Positions 61,865 to 64,000 of a DNA stretch of 64,000 nucleotides are shown piece by piece (the first letter of the stretch is position 1; each line of letters opens with the position of its first letter). The stretch is from Okamejei kenojei (lineage: Eukaryota). The notes under the pieces were generated by a model, which was not told where the DNA came from, ran no database searches, and was given only the letters and a program-made list of their open reading frames with translations. The translations under genes were made by a program, and so were the position numbers. The DNA is taken from assembly GCA_035221665.1 (NCBI GenBank), contig CM069135.1, positions 100,316,001-100,380,000 on the forward strand. Reading direction: 5' to 3'.

Positions 61865-62700
61865 TCGGAGGTTGAGGGGAAACTTGATAGAGATATACAA
61901 AATTATGAGAGGCATAGATAAAGGGCCTGTCCCACTTTCACGACCTAATTCATGACCTTTTTTACTCTTGGACATTTTTCATCAGGCTAGAAAAACACCC
62001 CGACCTACTTGATGCCACGAGTACCTACGACTAGCATCACGACCTGTTACCACCTACCTACGACCTCCTACGACCTTGTGGCGACCCTGCTGCGAGTATG
62101 AGTCAAGGGAAAACTCGGCAGAGGTCGTGAATTAGGTCGTGAAAGTGGGACAGGCCCTTAAGGTAGGCCGTCAGAACCCTTTTTTCCCCCCAGGGTGGAA
62201 ATGTCCAATTTGTGGAATTCCCTGGCACAGAGGAAAGTGGAGGCCAAATCACTGGATGTATTTAAGAGAGGGTTAGATAGAGCTCTAGGGGCTGGTGGAA
62301 TCAAGGAATGTGGGGAGAAGGCAGGCACGGGTTATTGATTGGGGGAGGATCAGCCATGATCACAATGAATGGGCCGAATGGTCTCCTCCTGCACCTATTT
62401 TCTATGTTTCTATGCTAAAGGGCATAGCAATGAGGTGAGGGAGGGAAAGTTTAATGGCGATGTGCAGGTCATGTTTTTTAACACAGAGAGTGGTGGGGCC
62501 TGATGCACGTTGCCAGGGGTGCTGGAGGAGCCAAGTATGATAATGGCATTTAAGAGGCTTTTTGATAGGCACATGGAAGATCAGTGAATAGAGGATATGG
62601 ATCATGTACAGGTAGATGAGATCAGTTTAACTAGACATCATGTTCACACCAACATTGTAGGCCAAAGGGCCCATTCATGTGATGTACAGTTCTAGTCTCT
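61865..62700 (+). mobile_element. Fragmented CR1 3' ends
   Basis: RRLRGNLIEIYKIMRGID, VEAKSLDVFKRGLD, and 3' UTR stem-loop tails. Confidence 0.7.
61922..62158. mobile_element. PIF/Harbinger-like MITE (same family as 27022-27254)
   Basis: Same TIRs. TAA TSD at 61919-61921 and 62159-62161. Splits a CR1 fragment. Confidence 0.88.
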
Positions 62701-62840
62701 ACGTTCTTATTGCTTACCTGACTAAACAGCAATCATAGAGAATATTCCTTTTGCAATAAATTTTGAACTGAGGAAGTCACAAGAAAAAAGTAATTGAAAA
62801 GGAAAAGATAATAGGGTTCTTTGGACATAATACCTTTGAT

Positions 62841-64000
62841 GCAGGCACGTGCCGTCAAGGTAGGCAAGGTAGGCACTGCCTCCCCTGACTAAAATTATAA
62901 CATGGTAATAACTAAATATAAATAGTAAAGGCATGGGAGAATTATGCCTATGTAAGAGACCGATCTCTTAGGTAGGCATAATTCTCCATGCCTTTCATCT
63001 GCAGCGCTTGTAACACGGGAAGCTCTGTGCAGCCCACGTGCCGTCAGCGCTGCCTGAAGCTGTCAATGATAATCGGGGCGGAAGGCAGCAGAAATTCTGC
63101 CTTTGCAGCACTGCGCATGCGCATCGGTCTACTGCGCATGCTCAGAGCAAGTTTCTTGGCGGGGTTTTCAAATATGGTTTGTCAATATCTTAAGTGTATG
63201 TTAGGAAACAAAGAGAGAAGAATGGAGCTTGTGTACCAATAATGTGGTAAGTACATTTTGTGTTTATGTTTTTAAATACTGTATTTCCTGGGGTGTGGGG
63301 GGGCGGGGGGGGGGGGGGGGGGGAGAGCTCCTTTCACAGTGTTTGGGGAGTCTGGCCCGGGGTAAGGTTGCGGGGAGGGCACGAATGTTATGAATGAGGG
63401 GATTGGGATAATGCCACTTGCGACGCTCCTTGCATTGAGGGCATTGAGGCCGGGGGGGGGGGGGGGGGGGGGGAGAGAAGTAGCTCGGGTGGCTGAGCGG
63501 CCGCCGGGCCGGACAGCGGAACCAGCCGCCACCTTAGCTCACCTCTGGCAGTTCTCCGTCTACAAACCACTCTCCTGCCGCTCGCTGACCTCACTCATGT
63601 CCTTAAATTCCGACAGCGCTATTGAGGTTACTCGGCTGTGGGAATTTAAGGATTTGCAGGAAGCCGCTGACATGAGCGAAGTCGGCGAACGGCAGGTGAC
63701 AGGTGTTCCGACGGAGAGCACTGCCAGAGGTGAGCGGGCCGGCAGAAGGCGCTGAAGTGGCGGCCAGTTCTGCTGTCGAGTACCGGCGGCCGCTCGTAGC
63801 TACCCAAGCTGCTTCTATCCCCAGCTACAGTGCGGGGACTTCGTGCCCGGAGAGCTGCGGCAGCGGTGAGTGAGTAAGTTTCTGGCATTATCCCCGACAC
63901 CCTCCTTCTCAACACTCGTGCCCTCCCCACAACTTTACCCCTGACACAGACTCTCCACACGCTGTGAAAGGAACTGTTCCCCCAATTGGTCTAGGACTAG
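62841..64000 (+). other. GC/CpG-rich region: probable left part of a hAT-like DNA transposon, or a CpG-island promoter
   Basis: Starts CAGGCACGTGCCGTCAAGGTAGGCAAGGTAGGCACTGCC (TIR/subterminal-like). NRF1-like TGCGCATGCGCA, poly-G runs, dense CpG at 63400-63880. No matching right end in the window. Confidence 0.4.

Overview
Repeat-dense, non-coding vertebrate DNA. The repeat content (HE1-type V-SINEs, CR1/HER1-like and Rex/Babar LINEs, Penelope relics) points to an elasmobranch, probably a skate or ray (inference). I could not recognise any host protein-coding exon, so the window looks intronic or intergenic. Main features: (1) A near full-length but decayed DIRS1-like tyrosine-recombinase retrotransposon at about 37618-42343. 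It has gag-like, RT/RNase H, Dam-like methyltransferase and YR remnants, and its terminal ITR/ICR architecture is still readable. It sits at an ATT inside a Rex/Babar RT. (2) Roughly 20-25 Penelope-derived terminal repeats carrying a minimal hammerhead-ribozyme motif (CTGAnGA-a-stemII-GAAACGTC). Many form short palindromic units with their own 9-17 bp target duplications. (3) Several non-autonomous DNA transposons (hAT-like, PIF/Harbinger-like, one unclassified). (4) Nested insertions, long flanking duplications, fold-back hairpins, unique TAAT-rich stretches that may be conserved enhancers, and a GC-rich element or promoter running off the right edge. Coordinates of decayed repeats are approximate because they were read by eye.
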